A stretch of 64,000 nt of DNA from Monocercomonoides exilis PA203 (GCA_001643675.2 LSRY02000017.1:1116001-1180000), one strand, 5' to 3'. Positions 20,806-35,400 are shown, numbered from the stretch's first letter. Program-made: numbers and translations. Notes: generated by a model not told the origin, from the letters alone.

Positions 20806-22206
20806 GTGGAAACGGTCTGAATGTTTCGAGGTATTTGATAAAGACATTTGTGCATTTTTTTTCCTTTTGAAGAGTTCAGTTGGAAGTTAAAACAGAAGGA
20901 TTTACTTTGGAAATGGAGTGAAAAGCAAATTGAATGAGTCTGATGTTTTGAATGTGTGTTCATGAATTTTGGATTGAATCTTTCGAGACTTGTGGTCTTC
21001 TGAAAGATTGCAGAAAATGCGAATTGGATTGGCAAACAAATTGTTAGAGCTGTGTTTTATTATTATTATAATTATTATAATTATTAATTTTATTTTGTTT
21101 CATATTGACTTTGTGATTTTTTTGCTGAGCACCATTTTCAATCATTGTGACAATTGGGGAGGAGCAATAATTGAATGCTGTTCTTTCATTGAAGTTCTCT
21201 TTCACTTTCTTCTTTTTGTATTTCACATATTCCTTTTTTTTTTCATGGTCGCAATCTGTTTTTGTTGGTTGGGGAAGAAATTTCATTTTTTCGTTTTGTT
21301 TGTTTTTGTTTTATTCTTATTTTAATACCAGCAACGATTTGAAGATATTCTAATTTTTTGATAATTCATTTTGTATATCCATGTTTTTGTGAAAATTTTT
21401 GGTAATGATAGAAATTTTTGTATTTTGTCTGCATGTTTTATTCGAAGCAGATTTCTCAATATTTTTTTGAGATTGAACAAACAGAAATTATGAATATTTA
21501 AACAAAAAAGAGTTTTGGATGATATAAGTGTTAGAAGAGAAAATACACCATTTTTCATCTTTTTTCCTTTCTTGAATTTCGCAATTATCCCATGATTCCA
21601 ACGTTGAAACAAAATGTCCTTTGAGTTTGTTGAGCCAAAAACTTTATATTTGCGTGAAAAGTTTATGAATAGAATCTTGAAATGTTTCAAAATTCTTGCA
21701 TTTATGAAAAAAATAACAACTGTTCGAAACATTTTCTCAGTCTTATCATGATAAGTCTAACATTACCATGTTTAACAATACAGAAATTTCTTGAAACTGA
21801 GAAAAATATTGGTAAAAAATGAGATTAACAAAATTCATTAAGCAAAATTATTGGTTCCATATGATACCAAAAAAATAAGCCAAATTCTGTACATACATGT
21901 CATTTAACAGCATGTTAATATTAACAACCGAGCGTTTTATATTCTATTGAAAAGACAGTTCCTTCTTGAACAATAATAATTTATCATGTTTGAATTTTCC
22001 ATTCCAAAAAGTTGAAAAAACTTTTTTTCGTAGTTTAAAAAGATGCAACAATTTGAATTGTATGAAATATTGATATAACATCAAAAATTTAGAATATTTT
22101 CGAAAAAATAATAAGAATTGCACACCCTTAACAAATACAATATATTTTATTTTTTTTCATCGTTGCGAAAGGGAACAAATTTTGTGTTACATTAGACGAA
22201 CATAAG

Positions 22207-24222
22207 ATGGAAAATGAAAATGAAGCTCAAAAAACAGAAAATAAAGAATTGACGATAACTCGTGAGAAGACGCAAGTCGGGGAAGAAAATGACAATGTGG
22301 ATGTTCAACAAGAAAAAGAAACAGAAAAACCATTTGGAAAATTAATGCCACTTGAATACAAAGTTAAAATATTTTTTAGTGATTTATTTTTAACACTGTG
22401 TCATTACTCTTTCTTATTTTTTTTATAACAGAATTCTGATTTAATTCCTCTTGTACGAAAGAAAATTATTTTTCAAAGAGGTGAAGATCCAGATAAAAAA
22501 ATTTATTCAATAACAGATGATGCTCAGATTATCCATCTTGGAAACAATATGAGAGTAAGCGGTAATCATTTTTTTATTGAATATGTTGGAGGGGATGAAT
22601 GGACGATCACTGATACAAGTACAAATGGGACATTTCTTAATGGAGATAGAATCACAAAAAATGAACCAACAAGTTTGTCTTTATGTTTCTTAATTTAAAA
22701 AAAGCTAACACTTATAAGAGTTGAAACAAAACGATATAATTGGAGCTCTGAAGCCAATCAAACAAGCGAAACTTCAGGACAATTCATTATTAACAAAATG
22801 GATGTTTATTTTAGAAAATGATAATAATGATGTCAAAACACAGGAAGAAAAGACTGAAACGAATGATAAAGAGAAATCAGCTGCTGAAACGGCAGCAACC
22901 TCTACATCTTTACCAACATCTTCTCCACCTCCTTCTGCACAGGACAACAAATCTGCAAAGTTGCAAGCTGAGCTCGAGTGCAGCATCTGCGGACAGGTAA
23001 TGTACAATTGCGTATCGACCATTCCTTGCCTTCATAGTGCTTGCGCATTCTGCCTTTCTGCGTGGCTTAAGAAAAATCGCGATAAATGCCCAACATGCAG
23101 AGGGAAGATCGATTACATCGTACGAAACCATAAAGTTAGATCACTTATTGACGCATATTTGGCTATGAATCCAGCCGAAAAACGTCCACAAGAAGAGATT
23201 GACGAAATGGAAAAAGACAACACTTTAACAGAAGAAGTTGTATGTGAAAAAATTTTCGACAGCAATTATTTGCAAAATAAGTATTTTATTTTTCTGATAG
23301 CTTATTTTATTGTCTTTGTTGATATCTTTTTTTATTGCTCTTGTTATGTTTTGTGTTAAATGGTATTTTAATGATGAATGCTTTTTCTACCAAATTCTCA
23401 TTAAATATTACTTGTTTTTTTCAAAACTGATATATTCCGTTTATTATCAAATTCATAAAATGACCTCAGCTTCGTGAACTTGAAGACAAGAAGCATATGA
23501 AAAAGCGGAGGCGCCACGATGATTATTCAGACAGCGAAGATAGCTACGATTCTGAGGAAGAATATTCTGACGATGATGGAAATGGCAGAGTCCAAGTGCA
23601 GTGCAGGCAATGCTTGGCTCCAGGCCCTGATGGCTTTCAGTGCCCGCCCGCATTAATCGCAGAGCACAACCTCTGTTCCAACTGCTTCCAGTATTTCCCG
23701 CGCCGTAACCCCGCTACTACTCCTGGACTGGCGCCATCTGAGTGTGCTTTCTGCCACCGGATCTATTGCAATCTCTACTGGGGCTGCCACGGGCCAATGG
23801 GTGCGTCTTCGTTCCGCCTGCTGCGCGACCACGAGGTGGCCGTGCTTCCGAAAAAATGCATCCTGAACAACGAAACAGAGACAACAAACATCGAAAAGAT
23901 TGTCATCCACCGCAAAACGACGTTGACTGCAACATGGAAGGAGATCGCGAACTTGCTTGACAACGATGCTGGCTGGGCAAATGTGGTGGATGCACTCACA
24001 ACAGTCGCAATCAAAGGCGACACCCCGTGCTGCAACGCATGCTTCACGCGGATACTTCCGCCACTGTTTCTGAAATGGCGAGAGAGTTTGGATAAGGCCA
24101 CGCTGCCAGACGAGATCAAGAATAAGCCTGACTGCTATTATGGAAAGAACTGCCGCACGCAGATGCACAATGACGGACACGCGCAGAAGTACAACCATAT
24201 CTGCGATCAGAAGCGGTTTTAA
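22207..24222 (+). CDS. CHFR: CHFR-like E3 ubiquitin ligase (FHA-RING-Cys-rich-PBZ), 4 exons
   Basis: Exons 22207-22362, 22432-22672, 22719-23239 and 23470-24222 are GT-AG and in frame. FHA VSGNHF...DTSTNGTFLNG; C3HC4 RING CSIC...PCLHSACAFC...CPTCR; CRQC Cys-rich region; PBZ CYYGKNCRTQ..GHAQKYNHIC. Confidence 0.88.
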
Positions 24223-24529
24223 CGGAGACTGTTCTTAAGGTGCTTGCTACCACTTCGCCACATCGCACGAAAATACTGTTGACATTTGAAGAGGAATAAT
24301 TTTACTCTTTTTTTTTAATATAAAATCCATTGAAAAGAAGGTAATTTGAAGAGAAGCAGAGTGTATTTTTGTTGTTTTTTTCAAGATGTGTGATATTTTT
24401 CTTTTTCATCCAACTCATAAAAACACAATTACAATACTTTTTATTTATATTTTAAATCTTGAAACTTAAAAGTTGAAATACAAGCTAATAGAAAAAAAAA
24501 ATCACAAGATTCTCTTTCAATTCATAGCA

Positions 24530-25889
24530 TCATTCATTCTTTTTTGAATCTGAACTACTTGCTAATTTGCACAATTCAAGGCTTTTGTCCCACAACCACT
24601 TGGCAACTGAAGGGTCACGAGATCCTAAAGGAAAAAACATTGTTAGAAAAAAAGGGAAGATAAAGAAAGCATTTCGACGCAACAGCAAAGAAAATTATTA
24701 GCAAAAGAAAATGAATATCATAATTCACAACTTAAAATAATGATTCAAAAATTATTTCAAACGTTTCGTTCTCCAAGCTGGTTTTAGCCAGGGTCCTATA
24801 AAAACAGTTGATGCCACTTCAGAAGAAGCTGGTGAGGTGACCGATGCTTCGTCTGTTGGCACCTCTGTTTCGGTGACTGTGGCAATGTGAGATGAATCTG
24901 ATGCAGAAAACGCACTTGAAGAACTTTCAAGCTGCGATGGAGAAGAACTAGAAGAAGAAGAAGAAGATGATGATGATGACGAAGCTGAAGGACCTGCGGT
25001 AGAAATCGAGTCAGCTGCTTTTGGTAGCCAAAGAGATGGATTAGCGATCAGATGCAAGGCGGGCTTTGCTGCGTTTGAAGATGACATAAAAAGAAGAGAT
25101 GTTGCAAAACGAATAGGCTTCGAAGCCCATGCTATCCATTTGGGTAATCTGATTTATCACACAAACAAAAAACCGTAACTTTTGGTGATGTTTCATAATT
25201 TTTATTAAAACATACATCGAAAAAATATTGGTGTCTGCGATGCCAGGATGAACTGCAGCTGCATAAACTCCACTCTCATTCATTCTTCTATTGAATTCAT
25301 CCGTGAAGTATAATAGCTCTAGCTTACTCTTTGAATATGCTGCCATTCCGCTATAGTAAGTCTCAGAATTGTAATCTTCGATTGATCTGGGAAAATAATG
25401 CATTACTGAGGACGTGTTAATCACAATAGACGGATGAGATGCTTTCAAAACATCTAAAAGAAGTTGAGTCAACAAAAAATGTCCGAGATAATTGACTTGA
25501 AAATGTGACTCAAAGCCGTCATCTGTGTGATGTTTCTCGGGAGAAAAATCGAGGATTCCCGCATTATTTACGAGAATGTGAAGAGGATATCCTTTCTTCT
25601 TATACGCATCTGCGCACAATTTGATAGAATTAAATGATGTTAAATCCAATTTTATTACGTCCACATTTTTATTGTTATAAAGTTTGCTGTACTCCTCTGC
25701 TAGCTTCTGACCAACTTCAATATTTCTGCAAGCTGTTAAAAAGAATTAGAAATGCGAAAACAATAAAGGTATACCAAAAGTTACGTGATATCCTTCTTTT
25801 ATAAGTTCTTCAACAATTTTTTGTCCAATTCCATGAGTACATCCTGTAACCATCACATATTTTGCTGAACTTCGAGAATTTTTTTCCAT
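24530..25889 (-). CDS. Short-chain dehydrogenase/reductase, retinol-dehydrogenase/WWOX-like, 4 exons (may start at 25989)
   Basis: Motifs VTGCTHGIG, ACRN, LDL, LVNNAG, NYLGHFLLT, YSKSK and VHPG; last exon RSRDPSVAKWLWDKSLELC. Three GT-AG introns keep the frame. Confidence 0.88.
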
Positions 25890-26457
25890 TTACTTTAAAG
25901 CTAATTACCCTTTGTGTATCTTTTGAAAATATTTTTTGTATAATCACAAATAGCACAATGGAAAAGAAAATAAATTCAATTACGGGCATGAAAAAATAGA
26001 ACATAACAAAATAATCAGAAAACGAATAAAATTCCAAGTGATATGAAAAACATTTAGATGGAAACGCGATGTGACACTAGTATTGGTATAGAATCAAGTA
26101 CGACGACAAAATGGATGATTAAAACAACAATTAATTCAATAAAAGTGAATAAAACAAAATAAGTATACGATTTAAAAAGAAATATAATGAAAGAAATCAC
26201 ATAAAAAACAATGGTCAACAACATGATAACAAATATGTAAGTTTATTATTTCTGTTGTTTCTCCTTAAAAATAAAATTAGAGATAAAAACATTTTGCATA
26301 AAAACACACAAGAAATAATGAGAACAATAGAAATGAAATCTCCGTCAACGCAAAACAAACAACGATTTGTCTTTATTTGAACACAGTTGCAATTTCTCTT
26401 TTCATTCTTTTTTTGTCTCTTTCTCTGCTCTTGTTTTCAGTTGCTCTTACTAATAGT

Positions 26458-29400
26458 TCATTTCCTATCTCTTTGTCTTTCTCTTCCCGAATACTTTGCC
26501 TTATACTCGTCTCTTCCTTCTCTTCCACTTCTTCCATCTCTTCCATCTCTTCCATCTCTGTAATCTCTGCTGCTCCTGGCGCCTCTTCCAACGCTCCCAT
26601 CCTCTTCCTCTACCTCACCACTATCACTCTCATAGCTGTCTTCAGACACTGCTGAATTGTGTGTGTGCATGCGATATCTGCTGCTGTGTGCTGAACGAGT
26701 GGCTGGCTGCCTTGATGACTTGTGCCGTGGTGTGGTGTTAGAAGAGAACGAGCCAGAAACATGGCGAGAAGAAGAAGAAGAAGAAGACGATGAAGGATTC
26801 TTCCGGGCCAACCGCGCAGACGATGATAGACGCTGCCTATCTTTGCGGGTGTGCTGCTCATCCTCCTTCTCATATCTCTTTCTGCCAGCGTCAAAGTCCT
26901 CCTCTTCTGCACTGTCGCTTCTATCTGAGGGGCTCTCGCTGTATCCGTGGCGCCTGGACAGCTTCGACAGCTGAGGTGTTCTGGGAGAGTCGCGGCGGTA
27001 TGAACTGCCTTGGGACGATCGCTCACGTGGAGAAGAGGACTTGTAGGGTGATTCTCTTGAATGATGTCTTTCTTTTGGAGGTCTTCTATCTCTTTCTCTA
27101 TCTCTATCACGTTCTCTGTCAGCATCTCTTGCTCTGTCATTTGGCTGTTCTCTGCGATAATCTCTGTCTCTGTCTCTGTCTCTGTCTCTGTCTCTTTCCC
27201 TCTCTCTTTCCCTGTCTCTATCTCTATCTCTGCCTCTGCTCCGAGCTCTGTTGTCTTCGGAGTTCCAATCTTCTTCTTCTTCTTCTTCATGTCGAGTCCT
27301 GTCATATGATGCATCTCTATCTCTGTTATATCCTCTTTCTCTCTCACGTCTCTCTCTTTCTTCTCTCTCCCTTTCCCTTTCTCTTTCCATCTCCTTTTCT
27401 TTCTCTATACGTGCTCTTTCTTCTGCCTCTGCTCGTTCTGCCTCCATAATCATTTTTCTTTCCCGCTCCCTCTCCAAGTTATATACTCTTTCCCTTTCTC
27501 TCCTCTCCTCCAACGTCTCTTCATATTCCATATAATCACTCGCTCTTAAGGAAGACGACCGCAAAGCTGGTGATACAGCACTCACATCAATTGGAAGCCC
27601 AGTATTTTCGTCTATCATCATACTGTCTTCATCTTCCTCTCCAATCAAAATGCTCTCTGTGTTGATTGGAACAGCGCTTTTCCCTTTCGCCCTGAGTGAC
27701 TGTGCAAGTGTCTGCTTCAGCAGGAGCTGCTGCTTCAGTGCCACTTCTTTCTCTTTTGCTGCTCTTTCCTTCTCAATCGCCAAGTCTCTCTCCTTCTGCA
27801 GCAATTGGAGTTCTCTTTCTCGCTCTTCTCTTCTTAGCTTCTCGCGCACTGCTTCTTCCAGCTGCCTCGCCATCTCCTTCTGCTTCTCCTCTTCCTCTTT
27901 CCTCTTCTTCTCCAACTCCTCCAATAATCTTTTCCTCTCCTCTTCCTCTGCTTTCAGCTTCCTCTCTCTCTCTTCTTTCTCTCTCTGGATGCGTTCTCTT
28001 TCATCTGCTCGGATTCTCTCTTCTTCCAATCTCCTCTCTTCCATCTGTCTCTCAAGCTCTGCTCTGATCTTCTCTTCCCGCAGCCTTTCTTCCTCTCTCT
28101 TCATCTCTTCCTCTTTCCTCTTCTCCTCTTCCTTCTTTCTTTCCTCTTCTTTCCTCCTCTCTTCTTCAAGGCGCCTTTCTTCTTCTAATCTCCTTTCTTC
28201 CTCTTTCCTCCGTGCTTCTTCCTTCTCCTTCTCTTCCTGCAGCCTCTTCTCTTCTTCCCTCTTCTTCTCCAAATTTCTAATCCATTCTTCTTCAAACCTC
28301 TTTTGCTCTTCTTTTCTTCTTTCCTCTTCTTTCTTCTTTTCTTCTTCTCTTCTCTTCTCTTCCTCTTTTCTCCTTTCTTCCTCCTTCCTCCTCTCCTCTT
28401 CTCTCCTTTGCTCCTCTTTCTTCTTCTCCTCTTCCAGCTTCTTCAGTTCTTCATCCAATCTTTCCTTGATAATCCTCTCTCTCTCTCTCTCTTCCTCTAT
28501 CTGCAGCTGCTGCAACAACTGCGACTGCTCATTGTCGCTGTCTGACTGCGAAGCATTCGACATCAAGTCGTCTTTCTTCAGCTCATTCTCTTCCGCATTG
28601 TGTCTGCTTCTCAGTTCCCTTAGCCTTCTTCTCTCCAACCGCCGCTCCGCTTTCGCTCTTTCTTCTTTCTCTCTCTCAAACGCTTCCCGCTCGCGCTCTA
28701 TTTGCAGCTCTTTCTCTCTCTCTGCTCTTTTCCTTTCTTTTTCCCTTCTCTTTTCTTCTGCTTTCTTTTCTCTTTCTCTCTTCTGCGACTCCTTCTCCTT
28801 TTCTCTCAACACCTCTCTTTCTTCTGCAGTCACAATCGTCCACTTGTTCTGCACAGGCTTTCCGTCAGAGGTTGCCACCACTCTCACAAGCTGTGCCCAT
28901 CCTTTGCCCAACAGGCGCTGGCAACGCGGCTTCACAATGCAGCCATTCAATGCCTCGTGGTGTATCAGACGGCGCTGCATCTCCTTCGCTTCTTCCTCTA
29001 CAAACATCCTCTTCAATTGAATTTCTTTCTGTTGGTTCTCTTGCAAAATCTCTTCTTTTCTGTCTTCTTTCTTCCTCTTCTTTGATTTTTTGTCCTGCTC
29101 TCCCATGTCCATGCATCTTCCGATGCCCTGTTCGCCATCAGAAGCCAAAGGATCTGCTGTAAGCCACTGCATCAAAAACTTGTGCTTCTCTTCTTTTGCT
29201 TTCTTCATTTCTGCATCCCATTCGCTATCGTCAATCTCGTCGTTGATAAGCAGCGTCATCTTCTTGTTGTCAGCAAAGCTCACTGGAACAGCCACAAACG
29301 GAGCAGCTTCCTTTTCTGCCTCCAAATCGAACTCTGTTATTGCTGCCTGCTGCTCCTTCATCTCAATCTGTCGCTGCCTCACCAGCTCTTTGAACTCGTT

Positions 29401-32400
29401 GCTGTTCTCGTCAACCTCATCCCACTCCACAAACACTTCATAATGCAGCGGATCCAGCTGGTTTTCTTCGATGTCCTCCTCTTCATCTGCGTCGATCATG
29501 TGCGACACAAGAATGTCCAATGTCTCTTCGCTCAGCGGTGCATTCAGATTGATGTTCTGCACATTGAACTCCTCTGTGCTGTCAAATGTGATGCCCATGT
29601 CCAGCAAAAAGTCTTCAATTGCATCTGCGTCATCATCATCATCCACATCGCTATCAATCTCCAAAGGCACAGACACAACCGTCGACAGCTCTTCGTCTTC
29701 CTCCTCACGACGCAGTCTATCTTCTCTCGCCTGCTCACGCTGCACCCTCCTTTCCTCTCTCCTCTTCCTCCGAAGATCCAAGCTCTCTTTGAACTCTGCC
29801 AATTTGTCCTTCAGCTCCCGCTTCTTCTCTTCTCTCTTTCGGATCATACGTTCTTCACGTGTTCTTCTAATGCTCGCCCTCTTCTCCCTCACCCATGTCC
29901 GAGCCTCTTCTGTCCATGATGCAAGTATGTCTGCCTCTTTCTTCACATTAAGTGTCTCCACTGCTTCACCAAACTTCTTCGTGCACTGATACAGCAGCTG
30001 CTGTGGTGTCATCACAACATCGCAGAATGTTAAGTTGTCTGGAGGAATCAGCAACGGTACATCAAACATGTTGTATACAACATGAATACGCTGGTCTTCT
30101 CCCTCTTTCGTTCCATCGCCAAACGAAAGCGAAAACAGGCTTTCTGTCTCACTGCGCAGCTGATCTGAAGGCGGTGAACGACGCGACAAAGGTGATATTT
30201 GACGTGTTTGCGATTTTTTGCCCAGTTTGGAATCAGCCAATTGCATCCACAGAGGCTGTGCAGGCTTGTTGAGGATGACTTGTGAATATGTGGAGTTGAC
30301 AAGTGTAACAACCACATCAGAAAACAGTATTCTGTTCTGCACACGCAGCACTTTCTTTCTGTTCAGGATTTTCTTCCTCAGCTGTGCATAGATCTGCTTG
30401 TATGTCTCTATCATCCTTGATTGGAATGTCTCATCCACTTTGCTTCGCAGGCCAAGTTTTTCTTCTCTCTCTCTTTCTCTCTCGCTCTCCTTCCATTGTT
30501 GCTCATCCTTGGCAAGTTCCTGGTCTTCTTTTTCATCTTCAGCTGATGAAGCATATTGCAAGAACTGCTCTGCTGGATCAGCTGCTGCTTCATCTGGCGG
30601 CTGCTCGTCTGACAGCTGATTGGGCTGAGACAGCTCCATGTCCATGTGCACCTCCTTCATATACTCTGTGATGTATTCATACTTGCTGGGATCTTCCTTC
30701 GCTAGGGCTGTTCCCACCTGCTTGTACATCCGCTTCATCTTCGCAAGCTCTGCATCGTCGTCTGCTCGAGGCGCAAATGGAATGAATGGACGAAGCAAGT
30801 CGATAAATGCTGCAATGTGCTCAACAGCATCTTCTGTGTGCACAAGCTCTGCTCGTGAAAGAGTGATGCGAAGTGTTTCACACACAGGCACCATCTGGAT
30901 GGGTGGATAAGCTGCCTCGCTGTTCTCTCCCATGCTCATCTGGTAATGCGATGCGTACATTGATGACGTAGTGGCTGAGTTGAATGAGTGTGGAGTTGCT
31001 GGATAGTTTGCAGGGCGTGGAGTTGGTGGAACAGACGCCAGTGGAACATTCACTTTTTCTCCTTCAATGAACGGAATGGGCATTGTGGCGCTGCGGCGAG
31101 GCAGTAAGACAGACACAACAACCGAAACAGGGTCGAGATTGGGGTTAAATCTGGGTGTTTCTGAAATGACGTGAGTTCCGCTAATTCCGCGAGGAGACAC
31201 GACAGGCACGCGGGACTGAGCTCTCAGCAGCACAGACGGTGTGCTTGGCTGAGGGAATGGAGATCGCATTGATGAGAATCCAGAGCGCATAGTTGGGTAG
31301 AGTCCTCCTTTGATAGAAGGAGTGGAGCCAGGTGTGGAGTATGGCGTGAATGACTGTGCGTGGAGTGTTGAAGCACGGCGAAGTTTGGAAGCAGAGGCGG
31401 AGGAAGCAGAATAAGCAGATGAAGAGTTCTCTGCGTATGTTTCTTCGACCTGGTTGTGGTGGATTGCGCAAATGAACTGGTTGGCTGCATCAAGTTGCTC
31501 GATGGCGTGAGCAGAGTTTGTTGTTTGGAAGGGTGCCATTGTGAAATTGAAGAGAACATGACGGAGTGACGGCAGCTCCTCTTCCATCGACAGAATTGGC
31601 ACATCGCTGAGGATGTTGAAGGTCATTTCTTTGATCAAGTTCAGCGTCTTCTTCTTCAGCTGCTCTTCTGTTTCGGTTCTTTTGATTGGATCAGACTGCT
31701 GTGAATCAGAAATATACATGCGCTTCTTCAGATCATCGTCTTTCCCGCTTTCTGTGTTGTAGTTCTTTGCAAAGTGTGTTCTTGTCTTCAGAATGCTTCC
31801 AATCTTCCGGCTATACTGCGCGAACAGCGAGTCTGCAATGTCTTGCTGGCTACCAGTGAATGAAGCAGAGAACGATGTTTCGGTAGCTGTTGTTGTTGAT
31901 GAAGGAGACAAAGTAGAAGTGGATGCTTGCAAAGAAGAAGAGGAGGAAGATGAAGAAGTACCCTCTGAACTGTTCTTCTTATTCAGTCCAAACAGCGAAG
32001 GTAGTTCATCTTTCCACTCACTTGGGAGTGCCTCCTCTTTAGCTTCTGTATTCTGTGCTTGTGTTGAGTTTCCGTTTGGCTGAACAAGCGATGTCTCTCT
32101 TGTCACCAATGGAGCAGAACGCAGATCCATCGAAGACGACTTCACAGTAAACATTGCCGAGAATGTTGGTGTCCAACCAACAGACACAGCCACTTTGTCC
32201 AGAATGGCTGTCAGCGGAAGAGGAGACTCACAATGATCCAGCTGTGCTATCACAAAGCGTGTGAAGGTTAAAGTGCACACATACGAAGGTGCCACAACAG
32301 GAACTGTGAACTTCGGCTGGTGTGGCTGTCTCACTGCACTTCGTCGAGACACAAACGATGTGACATCAGAATAAAGACTCATCGAATCAAACGAGCTGAC

Positions 32401-35400
32401 ATATGACTTCAGCTTTCGTACAGATCGTCCATCGTCCATGATGCCAAAGCCAGCCTGCGATGTGAGTTCGTCCATTTCACTCAGCACCGTTGAGCGCTGT
32501 GTCCTGATTTCGTCATTGGCTGCTGATCCTCTCTCATCTTCCTCGTTCTCGTTCGGCTGCTCCTGTGCCTGCAGATACTCTGTTATCATCTCAACATATT
32601 CCCCAAGAATCCGATGAGAAACGTGGAACCGTGACACACATGTATCCAAAGTGCTGCTTTCGTTAAGTGCCACCATCAGAGAATCTCTTTCTCTCCTGAT
32701 TTCCTCTCGGCTCAGTGTTTGCTCTGTGCTGTGCTGGCCATCTGATCGCTGTGATGTGTTTGCATCTTCGTCGTCAACTTCATTGTCGTTTGCCAGCTCT
32801 GTTTCAGGATCTGGTTGCTCAGGCCACACAGACCGTACTTTCAGATAGCATCCGCAAACATAAACAGCCTCTTCCTTCGCAGTGAATGCGTTGGATGCCA
32901 TTCCTGCATCTATCGATGCCAGTTCTCTGTATTGTAGCATTGTCATCAAAAGTGCCTTCCTGACTTCGATTTCTCCTTCGATACGTGCATCCTCTGCAGA
33001 CATAGGGTTTCCGCTGCTCAATGCCATATTCCGCAGACTCTCGCTGTCCCACACTTTGTCAATGCTGATGGCATTCAGCCCTGCTGCTCTGATTCCCTTT
33101 GCTCCGGTTCTGCTGTGTTCCGCAGTTAGCCGAAGAGCTCTGTCAACCTGCTGGCTGACTGTAAGTGGAGATGTGAACGACAACCTGCATCCAATCTCCC
33201 TCTCAAGCAGATGATGCAGATGCCGAGGAAGAGAAGAAGCCGGCAGTGGCAATGCAGCTCTGAGGTATGCAACAGAAGAAGGATCAATCTGTTCTTCAAT
33301 TGCAGTTACTGTGTATGTTGCCAGAGTGAAGCAGGATGTGATTGACGGATCGGGTGATATAACAAATGAAGGCAAGTGTGCTTGGATGGTTGTTTGTGGC
33401 TGAGACAGGCAGCGATGAGGATGGTTGATGGAGAGAACAGTGAGTGAAGATACACCAGTAACTGAGCCAATCTGTTTTGTTATCCAAGTCTTTGCAGAGG
33501 TTGTTGCGCTGATTGTGAGTCCAGATTGCATCGTGCCATGGAACACTCTTCCGATGTGGAATGAACCCAGCACTGCACCTTCGAGTACAGAGGAATATAA
33601 TGAAGAGAACAACAACTCAAATGGAGGAAGTGCAATTGTGAAGCATGGGTTGCCTGCAGACCGATATGTCTTCTTGAACTTGTCGTCTGTTGTAATCTTC
33701 AGTGTTGCACTATTAGTCAGTGAGACAGTCACCAAAGAAAGAGCCGACGCATTGGTGAGAACAAGAGGGCTCATTCTGTGTTGCATTGATCCTTCTGCTT
33801 GTGCAGTGAATGAGTGCACTTTTCTGTCAAATGCGCTTTCTCTGATTATGTCAAGTGAAGTTGACATTGAAAGCAGAGATTTCAAAGTGGATGGAGCAAA
33901 GACTGCTGATACAGATGCCAGTTCAACAGCAATTGGTGCCTTTCCAGGAGATTTGCTCTGCACATCTGATTTTGTTGGGAAGTTAATGAAGAACTGTTGT
34001 GATGGATCAGTAAATGCAACACTCACAGCTTTGATTGTCGAAGTAGAGCAGAACTCATTTGGTGGGATGAATGTCAGTGATGAGCCGATATCGTAGTCAG
34101 GAATTGTGAGCAGTCCCGTCTCTGTTTCTGCATTGCCTGAGGAAGACCTGAATGTTCTGGTTGATCTGGCTGAAGGAAGAGGAGTGGCTCGCATGGTGCC
34201 GAAAGTTCCACCAGCATACATTGAAGCGTTGGAAGGTGCATATGTCTGTTGTGGCTTTGCTGTTGCTGATGGGTCTGATACATTAATCTCCAACTCCTTC
34301 AGATTGACTGACATTTGTGCAAGTGCAACTTTTGGATTCTTCTTGAGGATAACGTCAGTCGAAAGAGAAGTGACCAGAAAGACCAGCCTTGCTCCCACTT
34401 TTGTTTCCACTTCATCCTCTTCAGCAGGTGCTTGCCCAAACCACGTGTTATCTTCGTTATCCAGATCATCCTGCAGATCATCGTCGATCTCGTTGCCGTT
34501 GTGTGAGGCAAGTGCAGAAGTGTACTGTGCTGTTGAGTCGTACTGGTATCCGCTCTGAATCATCGTGTATGTTGTGCCAGTAATATACGCACTGCGGGAA
34601 ACGATTGAACCAACAAAAGAGCTGATTTCAACAGAGATGCAAAGCGATGTGGGCTGTGATGTGAATGTTGGCTGATATGACGCTTGAGCTGTCTGACTGT
34701 CACGGTTGTGCCTTGAAACAGCATTTGGTGACCCATTTGGCTGAATTCTCTGTGTGTTGAGCGAGTCTTCCATGTTTGTCTTTGGCAGGCTTCTGGAGAA
34801 GCGATGAACAAGTGTGACAGCATCGATATGATCCTGAACAAGATGCGCCATAAACGAGAGAATCGGCAGCGACACTTCAAATTGAGGAAGCGGGCGTTCA
34901 GACAGATCAGACGGGAATGAGACAGATGAGAAGCCGTCTGATGCAGCGCCTTGCTCGTGATTGAATGAGCGTGTGAATCCCTCAGCCTGTGTCAATGGAT
35001 TATCCAGTGCCATGTCTTGTCCTGACTCTGACATCTCTTGTGGCTCTGGCTGCAATGACACTCGCAACGAGCGATGTGGGGCAGAAAGCGGACTGTCTGT
35101 TCTGAATGAGGAATACACAACTGTCAGAAGTGGAATGTTCAGAGCGGATTCGTTGAATGAATGAGAATCATGTGTTGACCCGTTCTTCTTTGAAGGGAAT
35201 GTGACGATGGATGACTGCAGCGGAGGAGCAGAGCGTTGTCTCAGTTTGAACACAGACGAAGACGAAGATGAAACAGATGCTTTCTTTTGTGGTCCACAGA
35301 ACACTGCGGGCATCTGCTTCACATATGGATGGAGGGCGGGAACAGCCTGTGAAGATGTTATGATAGACACACTTTTCAAGGAAGAAGACGAAGAAGAGAA

